A stretch of 24,000 nt of DNA from Archangium gephyra (GTDB taxonomy: Bacteria > Pseudomonadota > Alphaproteobacteria > Rhizobiales > Phreatobacteraceae). Every line of letters starts with the position of its first letter. The stretch's first letter is position 1. This document shows positions 15,640-23,933 of this stretch, piece after piece. Below the pieces are notes generated by a model, which searched no databases, was not told the DNA's origin, and worked only from the letters and a program-made list of their open reading frames with translations. Position numbers and translations under genes: made by a program. The DNA is taken from NCBI GenBank assembly GCA_943368975.1, contig CALRLZ020000014.1:54987-78986 (forward strand). The letters are read 5' to 3'.

Positions 15640-16097
15640 CGACGCCGGCACCGGCCGGCGAACTCTCGCCCGCGGGCACCCGGCTGCTGGTCGGGCTCTT
15701 CGTCGTGCTCATCGGCCTCGTCGTGCTGGTGCCCAATGCGCTGCCGGTCCTGACCTACTGGCAGGCGACCCGCCAGGAGGCGGTCACCGCCCGCTGGGCC
15801 GGATCGGAGACGGCGACCTCGACCCGCGACACGGTGGGCATCCCCATCTTCGTCTTCGAGCGGCGTATCGGCCCCATGCCGCAGGATTGCCGCGTGCCGC
15901 TGGTGCAGTACCGCCACGCGCCGGGCGGGCGGCCGCTGCACGAGACCCTGCAGGTGGTGCCGGGCACGCGCTGCGAGGATCTGGTGGTGCTCAACGATCC
16001 GCCGCGCGAGCGGCTGCCGCTGATCCTGCTCGGCCTCGCCATCCTCGCCGGCGGGCTGTGGCTGACCCTGCTGTCGCGGCGGAGGCGGCCGGCGTGA
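15636..16097 (+). CDS. Hypothetical bitopic membrane protein (TM, ~95-aa domain, TM), possibly DUF3592-like, 153 aa
   Basis: GTG 15636 overlaps the pyrE stop (GTGA). Its own stop overlaps the acpS GTG (GTGA at 16094-16097). High GC3. TM helices [16 protein letters not shown] and [18 protein letters not shown]. Confidence 0.6.
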   Translation: MTTPAPAGELSPAGTRLLVGLFVVLIGLVVLVPNALPVLTYWQATRQEAVTARWAGSETATSTRDTVGIPIFVFERRIGPMPQDCRVPLVQYRHAPGGRPLHETLQVVPGTRCEDLVVLNDPPRERLPLILLGLAILAGGLWLTLLSRRRRPA

Positions 16098-16510
16098 TCC
16101 TCGGCATCGGCTCCGACCTCTGCGATATCCGCCGCATCGAGAAGTCGCTGGAGCGGCACGGCGAGCGCTTCACCCACCGGCTGTTCACCGATGGCGAGCG
16201 GGCGAAGGCCGAGGGCCGGGCGCATCGCGCCGCCACCTATGCCAAGCGCTTCGCGGCGAAGGAAGCCTGCGCCAAGGCGCTCGGCACCGGCATCCGCCGC
16301 GGCGTCTTCTGGAAGGATATGGGCGTGGCGAACCTGCCCTCCGGCGCCCCCACCATGGTGCTCACCGGCGGCGCGCTGGCGCGGGCGCAGGCGCTCACCC
16401 CGGCCGGCCACCGCCTCGTCATCCACCTGACGATCACCGACGATTTTCCCATGGCGCAGGCCTTCGTCATCCTCGAGGCGCTGCCCGAGACGCCGGCCGC
16501 GGCGGGATGA
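16094..16510 (+). CDS. acpS: Holo-[acyl-carrier-protein] synthase, 138 aa
   Basis: Starts at GTG 16094. [15 protein letters not shown] ... [18 protein letters not shown] ... HLTITDD. Confidence 0.9.
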   Translation: MILGIGSDLCDIRRIEKSLERHGERFTHRLFTDGERAKAEGRAHRAATYAKRFAAKEACAKALGTGIRRGVFWKDMGVANLPSGAPTMVLTGGALARAQALTPAGHRLVIHLTITDDFPMAQAFVILEALPETPAAAG

Positions 16511-16520
16511 ACGGCCGTTC

Positions 16521-16547
16521 AGGCGGTGCCACGATGCCGCCTTTTTG
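16521..16547 (+). terminator. Intrinsic terminator after acpS
   Basis: aggcgg(tg) at 16521-16528 pairs with (tg)ccgcct at 16535-16542, followed by TTTT (16543-16546). Begins 11 nt after the acpS stop. Confidence 0.55.
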
Positions 16548-16568
16548 CGTTCAGGACGGGTTCACCGC

Positions 16569-16593
16569 GGAACCGCTAGACCTTTCGCACGTT
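16569..16593 (+). promoter_or_regulatory. EcfG-type (alphaproteobacterial general stress response ECF sigma) promoter motif GGAAC-N16-CGTT
   Basis: GGAAC at 16569-16573, a 16-nt spacer cgctagacctttcgca, then CGTT at 16590-16593. Sits in the intergenic gap between the acpS terminator and ATG 16660 (66 nt downstream). It was the only perfect match I found on either strand. Confidence 0.5.
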
Positions 16594-16659
16594 CACAAGG
16601 GGTCCGCAGCGAGGCGCGTCGCGCCACGAGATCCCGGACGGACAGAAAGGGGCATTCTC

Positions 16660-17046
16660 ATGCTTTCCCGTTCCTTCAAGGCCACCGTTGCCGGCATTGT
16701 CGTCGCCGCCGGTGTCGCCACCCTCGCAGTCCCCGCCGAGGCGCAGTATCGCCGCCATTACCGGGGCGACCAGGGCGCCGCCATCGGTGCCGGCATCGCG
16801 CTCGGCATCATCGGCCTCGGTGCCGCGGCGATCGCCGCCGACCAGCGCCGCCAGGCCTATGACGACGGCTACTACTATCGCCCGCGCTACCGGTCCTATG
16901 GCGGCCCGGCCTATTACGAGCCGCCGCCGCGCATCTATTACCAGGCGCCGCCGCGGGTCTACTACCGCGAGGTGCCGCATCGCGCCTATCGCCGTGCCCC
17001 GGCGGTGGACGACCGCTACCCGCACACGTTCCGCCACTATCAGTGA
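16660..17046 (+). CDS. Small secreted/envelope protein: signal peptide + glycine-zipper segment + Tyr/Pro/Arg-rich tail, 128 aa
   Basis: AAAGGGG SD 7 nt upstream of ATG 16660. Signal peptide MLSRSFKATVAGIVVAAGVATLAVPAEA|QY. Glycine zipper GAAIGAGIALGIIGLGAAAIAA. Tail YYYRPRYRSYGGPAYYEPPPRIYYQAPPRVYYREVP. No Cys, so it is not BA14K-like. Confidence 0.7.
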   Translation: MLSRSFKATVAGIVVAAGVATLAVPAEAQYRRHYRGDQGAAIGAGIALGIIGLGAAAIAADQRRQAYDDGYYYRPRYRSYGGPAYYEPPPRIYYQAPPRVYYREVPHRAYRRAPAVDDRYPHTFRHYQ

Positions 17047-17065
17047 GCGGATGACGTCCGAATGC

Positions 17066-17098
17066 GTGAAGGCGGCCCCCTTGCGGGGCCGTTTTCAC
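17066..17098. terminator. Bidirectional intrinsic terminator between convergent genes
   Basis: gtgaa-gg-CGGCCCC-cttgc-GGGGCCG-tt-ttcac, with a T-run on the plus strand and an A-run mirrored for the minus strand. Abuts the AEC transporter stop at 17100. Confidence 0.65.
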
Positions 17099-17099
17099 G

Positions 17100-18026
17100 T
17101 CAGCTGGCCAGTGTCAGGACCAGCGGGATGGTGATGACGGCGATCAGCGTCTGCACGGTGAGGATCTCGGCCATGAGCGGCGCGTCGCCGCCCATCTGCC
17201 GGGCGAGGATATAGGAGCCCGAGGCGGTCGGCATGGCCGCCGACAGGATGGCCACCTGCAGGGCGACGCCGGTGACGCCGAGCGCCATGGCGATGCCGCC
17301 GGCCATGGCCGGCATCAGCAGCAGTTTCAGGCCTGTGGAGATCCAGGTGATGGCGCGCGGCTTCAGCGCCGCCCGGACCTCAAGGCCGGCGCCGACCAGC
17401 AGCAGCCCGGTGCCGAGCGCCGCCGCGCCGAGAATGTCGCCGAAGCGCATGGCGATGACCGGCACGGGAATGCCGATCATGTTGATGATGATGCCGATCC
17501 CCGAGGACCAGACGAAGGGATTGGTGATGATGGCCTTCAGCGTCGGGCCGAGGACGATCGGCTTGTCCTGCCCATAGCGCTGCAGCATCACCACGGCCAG
17601 CACGTTGAGCAGCGGGATCATCGCCGCCACCGAGATGGCGGTGAGCGTCAGGCCGAGCTGACCGTAGAGCGCGCCGGCCGTGGCGATGGCGACGAAGGAG
17701 TTCCACCGCGTCGCGCCCTGGAAGACCGAGGTGAAGGCCGGGCCGTCCATGGCGAGCGAGCGCGCCAGCAGCGGGCGCAGGGCCAGCAGGATGACGGTCA
17801 TGCAGAGGATGCCGGCGATCAGCGCGAAGCCCATGGCCAGCACCGGCACGGCGCGCAGGTCGGCCTTGGCCATGGTCATGATGATCATGGCCGGGAAGAA
17901 GACATAGTAGGTCGCGCGCTCGAGGCCGCGCCAGCCGGCCTCCTCCATCAGCGGCATCGCCTTCAGCCAGGCGCCGAGCACGATGATGAGGAAGACCGGG
18001 GTGAGGCTGGCGATGATGGCGAACAT
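17100..18026 (-). CDS. AEC (auxin efflux carrier) family permease, 308 aa
   Basis: MFAIIASLTPVFLIIVLGAWLK..., about 10 TM helices, with the general layout of AEC/MdcF-type transporters. Confidence 0.85.
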   Translation of the reverse strand: MFAIIASLTPVFLIIVLGAWLKAMPLMEEAGWRGLERATYYVFFPAMIIMTMAKADLRAVPVLAMGFALIAGILCMTVILLALRPLLARSLAMDGPAFTSVFQGATRWNSFVAIATAGALYGQLGLTLTAISVAAMIPLLNVLAVVMLQRYGQDKPIVLGPTLKAIITNPFVWSSGIGIIINMIGIPVPVIAMRFGDILGAAALGTGLLLVGAGLEVRAALKPRAITWISTGLKLLLMPAMAGGIAMALGVTGVALQVAILSAAMPTASGSYILARQMGGDAPLMAEILTVQTLIAVITIPLVLTLAS

Positions 18027-18129
18027 GGCGGGACCGGCGAGGGCGGGGAGCGTCTTCGATCACGCGCGGCGGCGGGGGGCAAGCCGCGCCGCGCATGACG
18101 GGGTGCGCAAAAGGGGGAGGACCCGCCCC

Positions 18130-19854
18130 TCACTTCTCCAGGAAGTCGAAGTCGCAGCCCTTGTCCGCCTGGGTCACGTGGTCGAGGTAGAGCTTGCGAT
18201 AGCCGCGCTGGCGCTGCCGCATGTGCTTGGGCTTCTTCCACGTCTTGCGCCGCAGGGCGAGCTCCGCCTCGTCGACCAGCAGGTCGACCCGCCGGTTCGG
18301 CACGTCGAGGCTGATCCGGTCGCCGGAGCGCACCAGCGCCAGCGGCGAGCCCTCGGCGGCCTCCGGCGTGACATGCAGCACGATGGTGCCATAGGCGGTG
18401 CCGGACATGCGCGCGTCCGAGATGCGGATCATGTCGGTGACGCCCTGCTGCGCCAGCTTCTTCGGAATCGGCAGCAGGCCCGCCTCCGGCATGCCGGGAT
18501 GGCCCTTCGGACCGGCATTGCGCATGACCAGGATGTCGTCGGCGGTGACGTCGAGGTCCGGGTCGTCGATGCGGTTGGTCATGTCCTCGACATCCTCGAA
18601 GACGACGGCGCGGCCGGTATGGACCATCAGCTTCGGGGTTGCCGCCGCCGCCTTGATCACCGCGCCGCCCGGCGCCAGCGAGCCGCGCAGCACGGCGTGG
18701 GCGCCGGTCTTCTTCAAGGGCTGGCCGAGCGAGCGGATGATGGTCTGGCCGGGGACGTCCTCGGCGCGGTCGACCCAGTCGCCGAGCCGCTCGCCGGTGA
18801 CGGTCGGGGCGTCGAGATCGAGATGGTCCCTCAGCTCGCGCAGCAGGCGCGGCACGCCGCCCGACCAGTGGAAATGCTCCATGTAATGGGAGCCGGCGGG
18901 CTTGAGGTCGAGCAGGACCGGGACCTCGCGGCCGAGCCGGTCGAGCTCCTCGAGGTCCCAGGTGAGGCCGAGCCGGCCGGCGATGGCGGCGAGATGCACC
19001 ACCGCATTGGTCGAGCCGCCGATGGCCTGCAGCACCACCATGGCGTTGCGCAGCGATCCCTGTGTGATGACGTCCTTTGGCCGGCGCCCGGCGGCGGCCA
19101 TCTTTACGGCCTCGCGGCCGGAGGCCTCGGCGGCGCGGATCCGGTCGGCATGGGTGGCGGGGATGGTGCCGGTATGGGGCAGGGCCATGCCCATCGCCTC
19201 GGTGAGGCAGCCCATGGTCGAGGCCGTGCCCATGACCATGCAGGTGCCGACGGTCGGCGCCAGCCGCCCCGAGACCGCCTCGATCTCCGCCTCGTCGATC
19301 TTGCCGGCGCGATGCATGGCCCAGAGCCGGCGGCAATCGGTGCAGGCGCCGAGCACCTCGCCCTTGTAATGGCCGACCAGCATCGGCCCGGTGATGAGCT
19401 GGATGGCGGGGACGTCGGCGGAGGCGGCACCCATGAGCTGCGCCGGGACGGTCTTGTCGCAGCCGCCGATCAGCACCACCGCGTCCATCGGCTGGGCGCG
19501 GATCATCTCCTCGGTGTCGATGGCCATGAGGTTCCGGAGGAACATCGACGTCGGGTTGGAGAAACTCTCGTGGATCGACACGGTGGGGAAGGCGAAGGGC
19601 AGGCCGCCCGACAGCATGACGCCGCGCTTCACCGCCTCGATGAGCTGGCGGACATTGCCGTGGCAGGGATTGTAGTCGGAGAACGTGTCGGTGATGGCGA
19701 TGATCGGCCGGTCCAGCGCATCGTCGGAAAAGCCCGCTGCCTTGATGAAGGCCTTGCGCAGGAACAGGGAAAAGCCCGCATCGCCATAGGCGGTGAGCCC
19801 CTTGCGCATGCCGCGCGGGGCCTTGGTGGTGCTGCCGGTGGGGCGTTTCGCCAT
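18130..19854 (-). CDS. IlvD/Edd-family dehydratase, short (~575 aa) sugar-acid/dihydroxy-acid dehydratase subgroup, 574 aa
   Basis: ORF 18130..19941 trimmed to ATG 19854, with GGGAGGA SD upstream. DYNPCHG, VLIGGCDKTVPA, MVMGTASTM, AIGGSTNAVVHL and ISDARMSGTAYGTIVLHVTPEAA motifs. The C-terminal half resembles pentonate dehydratases as I recall them. Confidence 0.9.
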   Translation of the reverse strand: MAKRPTGSTTKAPRGMRKGLTAYGDAGFSLFLRKAFIKAAGFSDDALDRPIIAITDTFSDYNPCHGNVRQLIEAVKRGVMLSGGLPFAFPTVSIHESFSNPTSMFLRNLMAIDTEEMIRAQPMDAVVLIGGCDKTVPAQLMGAASADVPAIQLITGPMLVGHYKGEVLGACTDCRRLWAMHRAGKIDEAEIEAVSGRLAPTVGTCMVMGTASTMGCLTEAMGMALPHTGTIPATHADRIRAAEASGREAVKMAAAGRRPKDVITQGSLRNAMVVLQAIGGSTNAVVHLAAIAGRLGLTWDLEELDRLGREVPVLLDLKPAGSHYMEHFHWSGGVPRLLRELRDHLDLDAPTVTGERLGDWVDRAEDVPGQTIIRSLGQPLKKTGAHAVLRGSLAPGGAVIKAAAATPKLMVHTGRAVVFEDVEDMTNRIDDPDLDVTADDILVMRNAGPKGHPGMPEAGLLPIPKKLAQQGVTDMIRISDARMSGTAYGTIVLHVTPEAAEGSPLALVRSGDRISLDVPNRRVDLLVDEAELALRRKTWKKPKHMRQRQRGYRKLYLDHVTQADKGCDFDFLEK

Positions 19855-20081
19855 GGTTGTTGTCCTCCCTTTGGAATCGCAACAAAGCATGGCCGCGCGA
19901 TTTCGGGGAGGCTCGGGCGCGAACGTCAGGGCCGCGCGCAACGCTCGTCAGCGCGAGGCTGGGCGCCGGCATGTCCTGCCCCGCGAAGCTTCGGTGGCAA
20001 AGGGTGTGACGAGCGGCGGGGGCGTTGCCGCGCCCCGTCGGTACCCTTGCCGGCATGCGGGCGATCAGTCATCCCTCTCCC

Positions 20082-20519
20082 ATGCTCTATTTCGCCTATG
20101 GCTCGAACATGCATGTCCCGCAGATGGCCCGGCGGGCGCCGCGAGCCCGGCCCGTCGGCATCGGCCGGCTCGACCACCACCGCCTGTTCTTCACCTCCGA
20201 CGGCTATGCCGCCGTCCGCGACCGTCGCGGGACGAGTGTCTATGGGGTGGTCTGGCGGATCGAACCGCGCGACATCGCCGTGCTCGACCGTTACGAGGGC
20301 GTCGACGAAGGCTGGTACGTCAAGCGGATCGTTCCCGTGCGCATGGCGGCCGGCATGGTCTCCTGTCTGGTCTATCATGGCGGCGACGTCAGCGAGGGCC
20401 TGCGGCCGCGCCGCCGCTATTTCCACGAGGCGGTCGTCGGCTCGGCGCTCGCCTGGAATCTTCCCACCCGCTACATTGAAGGTTTCAGCCGCTTCGCGCG
20501 GCATGGTTTCCGGAGTTGA
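20082..20519 (+). CDS. Gamma-glutamylcyclotransferase (AIG2/GGCT-like) family protein, 145 aa
   Basis: ORF 20025..20519 trimmed to ATG 20082. Has the MLYFAYGSNM hallmark N-terminus and VLDRYEGV. Confidence 0.78.
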   Translation: MLYFAYGSNMHVPQMARRAPRARPVGIGRLDHHRLFFTSDGYAAVRDRRGTSVYGVVWRIEPRDIAVLDRYEGVDEGWYVKRIVPVRMAAGMVSCLVYHGGDVSEGLRPRRRYFHEAVVGSALAWNLPTRYIEGFSRFARHGFRS

Positions 20520-20524
20520 ACCGC

Positions 20525-21772
20525 ATGAGCATGCTGGCCCATCTCCTTATCCGCTTCGTCCAGAACGGTCGCCTGACGGTCATACACCACGACGATAGCC
20601 GCGAAAGCTTCGGCTCGGGCGTCGACGGTCCCGATGTGACAGTGAGGCTGCATGACGCGAAGGTGCAGCGCGACCTCTTCTTCAATCCCGAGCTTGCGGC
20701 GGCCGAGGCCTATATGGACGGCCGCCTGACCATCGAGAACGGCGGCAAGGTGCTGGACCTCCTCACGCTGTTCTCGGTGAACCGTGCCGGCCTCGGCTCC
20801 CATCCCGTCCAGCAGGTGCTGCGCAAGGTCTGGCGGGCCCTGAAGCGGCGCCACCAGGCGAACAAGGTGGGGCAGGCGGCGGCCAATGTGTCGAGCCACT
20901 ACGATCACCCCCGCGCCTTCTACGAGCTCTGGCTCGATGAGACGATGAGCTATTCCTGTGCCTATTTCGCCGAACCCGGGATGAGCCTGAAGGAGGCTCA
21001 GATCGCCAAGATGCGGCACATCGCGGCCAAGCTCGCCATCGAGCCCGGCATGACGGTCGCCGAGATCGGGTCCGGCTGGGGCGGGCTCGCGACCTATCTC
21101 GCGGTGGTCTGCGGGGCGAGGGTCACCGCCATCAACGTCTCGCCCGACCAGCTCGCGGCCTCGAAGGACCGGGTCGCGCAGGCCGGCGTCGCCGACCGCG
21201 TCACCTTCTTCGAGAAGGACTATCGTGAACTGACCGGCAGCTTCGACCGCGTCGTCTCGGTCGGCATGATGGAACATGTCGGGGTCAGCCATTTCGACGA
21301 CTATTTCGCCACCGTGAAGCGGCTCTGCGGGCCGGACGGCTATGCCATGATCCACGCCATCGGCCGCATGTCGCCGCCGGGCACCACGGCGCCCTTCATC
21401 CGCAAATACATCTTCCCCGGCGGCTATGTGCCGGCGCTCTCGGAGGTCTTCGCCTCCACCGAGCGCTGCGGCCTGTGGGTGGACGATTGCGAGGTGCTGC
21501 GCCTCCACTATTACTGGACCATCAAGGCCTGGCGCGAGAATTTCGAGGCCGTGCGGGACGAGGTCGTCGCCATGCAGGGCGAGCGCTTCGCCCGCATGTG
21601 GGAATTCTACCTCGCCGCTGTCGAACTCGGCTTCCGCAACGGATCCAACATGGTCTACCAGCTGCTCCTGTCGGAGAAGCGTGATGCCGTGCCGGTGACG
21701 CGCGACTTCATCACCGCCAGGGAGGCGGAACTGGCGACGCGGGAGGGCGGGCTGCCGTGGCGATCCACGTGA
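20525..21772 (+). CDS. cfa: Cyclopropane-fatty-acyl-phospholipid synthase family SAM-dependent methyltransferase, 415 aa
   Basis: [27 protein letters not shown] motif [23 protein letters not shown] 20525 lies 9 nt after GGAG. TTG 20516 in the track overlaps the preceding stop and is an alternative start. Confidence 0.88.
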   Translation: MSMLAHLLIRFVQNGRLTVIHHDDSRESFGSGVDGPDVTVRLHDAKVQRDLFFNPELAAAEAYMDGRLTIENGGKVLDLLTLFSVNRAGLGSHPVQQVLRKVWRALKRRHQANKVGQAAANVSSHYDHPRAFYELWLDETMSYSCAYFAEPGMSLKEAQIAKMRHIAAKLAIEPGMTVAEIGSGWGGLATYLAVVCGARVTAINVSPDQLAASKDRVAQAGVADRVTFFEKDYRELTGSFDRVVSVGMMEHVGVSHFDDYFATVKRLCGPDGYAMIHAIGRMSPPGTTAPFIRKYIFPGGYVPALSEVFASTERCGLWVDDCEVLRLHYYWTIKAWRENFEAVRDEVVAMQGERFARMWEFYLAAVELGFRNGSNMVYQLLLSEKRDAVPVTRDFITAREAELATREGGLPWRST

Positions 21773-22044
21773 CCATATCAGGCCGTGTCCAGGGCGTCGG
21801 CTATCGCCAGTGGTTCCGTCGCCGGGCGGAGGCACTCGGCGTCTCCGGCTGGGTGCGGAATCGGTTGGACGACCGTGTCGAGGCGGTGATCGACGGGACC
21901 GTCGAGGCCGTGGAGGCGCTGGTGCGCGAGGCCATGAACGGGCCGGCCGGGGCCAAGGTGGACGCCATCGCGCGGCGGGCGGCGACGGCGGATGAGGCGG
22001 CGGGTATCACTCCCGGAAGCCTGGTCATCCTGCCGACGGTGTGA
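21757..22044 (+). CDS. acyP: Acylphosphatase, 95 aa
   Basis: Starts at GTG 21757, overlapping the cfa 3' end by 16 nt. [15 protein letters not shown] ... GWVRN signature. Confidence 0.85.
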   Translation: MAIHVTISGRVQGVGYRQWFRRRAEALGVSGWVRNRLDDRVEAVIDGTVEAVEALVREAMNGPAGAKVDAIARRAATADEAAGITPGSLVILPTV

Positions 22045-22061
22045 GTGTCCTTTCCGGGTTG

Positions 22062-22218
22062 AAGGCCCCACCCGCACCCTCCCCGCTGCACGGGGAGGGG
22101 ACCACAGCGGCCCGCCTCTCTGAAGACCGGCCGAGCCAGGCACGGCCGACAAGGAGGCCCTCGCCGTCGAAGTCCCCCTCTCCTCGCGGAGCGAGGGGAG
22201 GGTGCGGGTGGGGGCCTT
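22062..22218. repeat. MITE/REP-like element copy B (~157 bp), same family and orientation as 1884-2041
   Basis: Left arm 22062-22102 (aaggccccacccgcaccctccccgctgcacggggaggggac) and right arm 22172-22218 (gtccccctctcctcgcggagcgaggggagggtgcgggtgggggcctt). The 21-mer gagggtgcgggtgggggcctt is identical to 2021-2041. The centre shares ccgg(t/c)cgagccaggc with copy A. Confidence 0.7.
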
Positions 22219-22271
22219 TGCTTGGGGACAGGTGCCCTGCACGACGCACTGCTTTGGTGCAGGCGGGCCTG

Positions 22272-22844
22272 TCAGGTCCCGTCCTTCCCCCACACCATCT
22301 CCTCCGTCCAGCCCAGTGCGGCAAACTCCGCGGCCCGGAGCGGCGCCTCGCCGATGGAGAAGAATTCGTCGAGCTGCGGCGGCTTCACCGCCGTGCCCGC
22401 CAGCATGGCATGGGCCTGGCCGCGATGGTGCACCTGGTGCTGGAAGAGGTGCATCAGGAGCCGGTCGCACCGCTCCACCTGCCAGCGCGTGATGCGGTTG
22501 ACCCTGACCTCGCCGTCCAGCGCCGCCTCCGTCAGGGCCGCGCAGAACGCGATGAGGCGCCGGTCCACCGCCGCCTGCTCGCGCCTGAGGTCGGCGATGG
22601 CGGGGAAGGGGATCCGGACCTCCCAGGCCTTCGGGCCGAGGCTGCCGCCCTCCAGCGCATCGACGTAGAACCAGTCGATGATGAGGTTGTGGTTCAGCGT
22701 GGCGGCGATGCTGGGGAAAAAACTCGTGCGGGTCGCCGCAAAATCCTCCGCCGACAGCGCGGCGCAGGCCGTCAGCAGGCGATGGTTGGCCCAGGCATTG
22801 TTGTAGGCCGAGGCGCGGAAGGTCTGGACGTTCGAGGCGGGCAT
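22272..22844 (-). CDS. DinB-family (four-helix-bundle, metal-binding) protein, 190 aa
   Basis: NAWANHRLL ... ATLNHNLIIDWFY ... HLFQHQVHHRGQAHAML, consistent with a DinB/DUF664-type His triad. Confidence 0.8.
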   Translation of the reverse strand: MPASNVQTFRASAYNNAWANHRLLTACAALSAEDFAATRTSFFPSIAATLNHNLIIDWFYVDALEGGSLGPKAWEVRIPFPAIADLRREQAAVDRRLIAFCAALTEAALDGEVRVNRITRWQVERCDRLLMHLFQHQVHHRGQAHAMLAGTAVKPPQLDEFFSIGEAPLRAAEFAALGWTEEMVWGKDGT

Positions 22845-22859
22845 CGCGGCGTCTCCTGG

Positions 22860-23576
22860 TCAGGCGGTCTCCACCGCCGCCGTCGGCCCGAAACGTTGCT
22901 CGAACGTGGTCCGCAGGATGGCATCAACCTCGGGCAGGGTGACCGGCAGGCCGAGATCCACCAGGCTGGTGACGCCATAGCGCGGGTCGGCGATGCCGCA
23001 GGGCACGATGCCGTCGAAATGGCTGAGGTCCGGCTCGACGTTGAGCGAGATGCCGTGCAGCGTCACCCAGCGCTTCACGCGGATGCCGATGGCAGCGATC
23101 TTGTCCTCGAAGCCTTCGCCCTTGTCCGGCCGCTTCACCCAGACGCCGACGCGGTCCTCGCGCCGCTCGCCGCGGATGTTGAAGGCGGCGAGGGTGCCGA
23201 TGATCCAGTCCTCCAGCGCCGCCACGAAGACCCGCAGGTCGCGCTTGCGCCGGTTGAGGTCGAGCATGACATAGGCCACCCGCTGGCCCGGACCGTGATA
23301 GGTCATCTGCCCGCCGCGGCCGGCCTCGAAGACCGGGAATCGCGCATCGACGACGCCGTCGGCACCTGTCGAGGTGCCGGATGTGTAGAGCGGCGGGTGT
23401 TCGAGGAGCCAGACGCGCTCGCGCGCGGTCCCCGCCGTGATGGCCGCGACATGGGCCTCCATCGCCGCGAGAGCCTCCGCATAGGGCACGAAACCCTCGC
23501 TGATGACCCATTCGACCGGCGGCGCATCGGCGGGCGCGCCGAGATGAAGCACCAGATTGGCACGTTCGTTTACCAC
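22860..23576 (-). CDS. lipB: Lipoyl(octanoyl) transferase LipB, 238 aa
   Basis: [33 protein letters not shown] and IVPCGI motifs. There is no in-frame ATG upstream of the conserved core. The track start at 23630 is a TTG. I prefer GTG 23576 (VVNERANLV...) by resemblance to the alphaproteobacterial LipB N-termini I recall. Confidence 0.85.
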   Translation of the reverse strand: MVNERANLVLHLGAPADAPPVEWVISEGFVPYAEALAAMEAHVAAITAGTARERVWLLEHPPLYTSGTSTGADGVVDARFPVFEAGRGGQMTYHGPGQRVAYVMLDLNRRKRDLRVFVAALEDWIIGTLAAFNIRGERREDRVGVWVKRPDKGEGFEDKIAAIGIRVKRWVTLHGISLNVEPDLSHFDGIVPCGIADPRYGVTSLVDLGLPVTLPEVDAILRTTFEQRFGPTAAVETA

Positions 23577-23638
23577 TCGTTCACCATCTTTGGTCAGGGT
23601 GGCCAGGAACCTGCGACGTGCATTTGGCAAAAGGCGAC

Positions 23639-23881
23639 ATGGCCCAGCTCGAAACCGTTTCCCTCGACATCTCGGTGGTCCTCGGCACGACGGTGATGCC
23701 GATTCACCAGATGCTGCGCATGGCCCGCGGCGCCATCATCGAACTCGATGCCACGGAGGACGACGAGGTGCAAATCCTCGCCAACAACATGCCGATCGCC
23801 CGCGGCCAGGTCGTCATCAACGGCAACCGGATCGGCGTCCAGATCACCGAAATGCTGCCGCGCCCCATCGAGCTGCGCTGA
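23639..23881 (+). CDS. fliN: FliN/SpoA-domain-only protein (flagellar motor switch / T3SS sorting platform C-terminal domain), 80 aa
   Basis: [67 protein letters not shown] matches the SpoA (FliN C-terminal) pattern. The start is ATG 23639 or GTG 23618. Confidence 0.72.
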   Translation: MAQLETVSLDISVVLGTTVMPIHQMLRMARGAIIELDATEDDEVQILANNMPIARGQVVINGNRIGVQITEMLPRPIELR

Positions 23882-23933
23882 TAGTTGACTCCGTCAAGTA
23901 AACCGGCGAGCCTCCTGACGGGAGGGCTCATGC

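Noticed and set aside
17983-20598. 871-aa plus-strand ORF
   Set aside because: It is antisense to the well-supported IlvD/Edd dehydratase and AEC permease. Its composition is biased (R/G/A/D) and it has no recognisable motifs.
22041-23696. 551-aa plus-strand ORF
   Set aside because: It begins inside the repeat element and runs antisense to the dinB-family and lipB genes. It is a shadow ORF.
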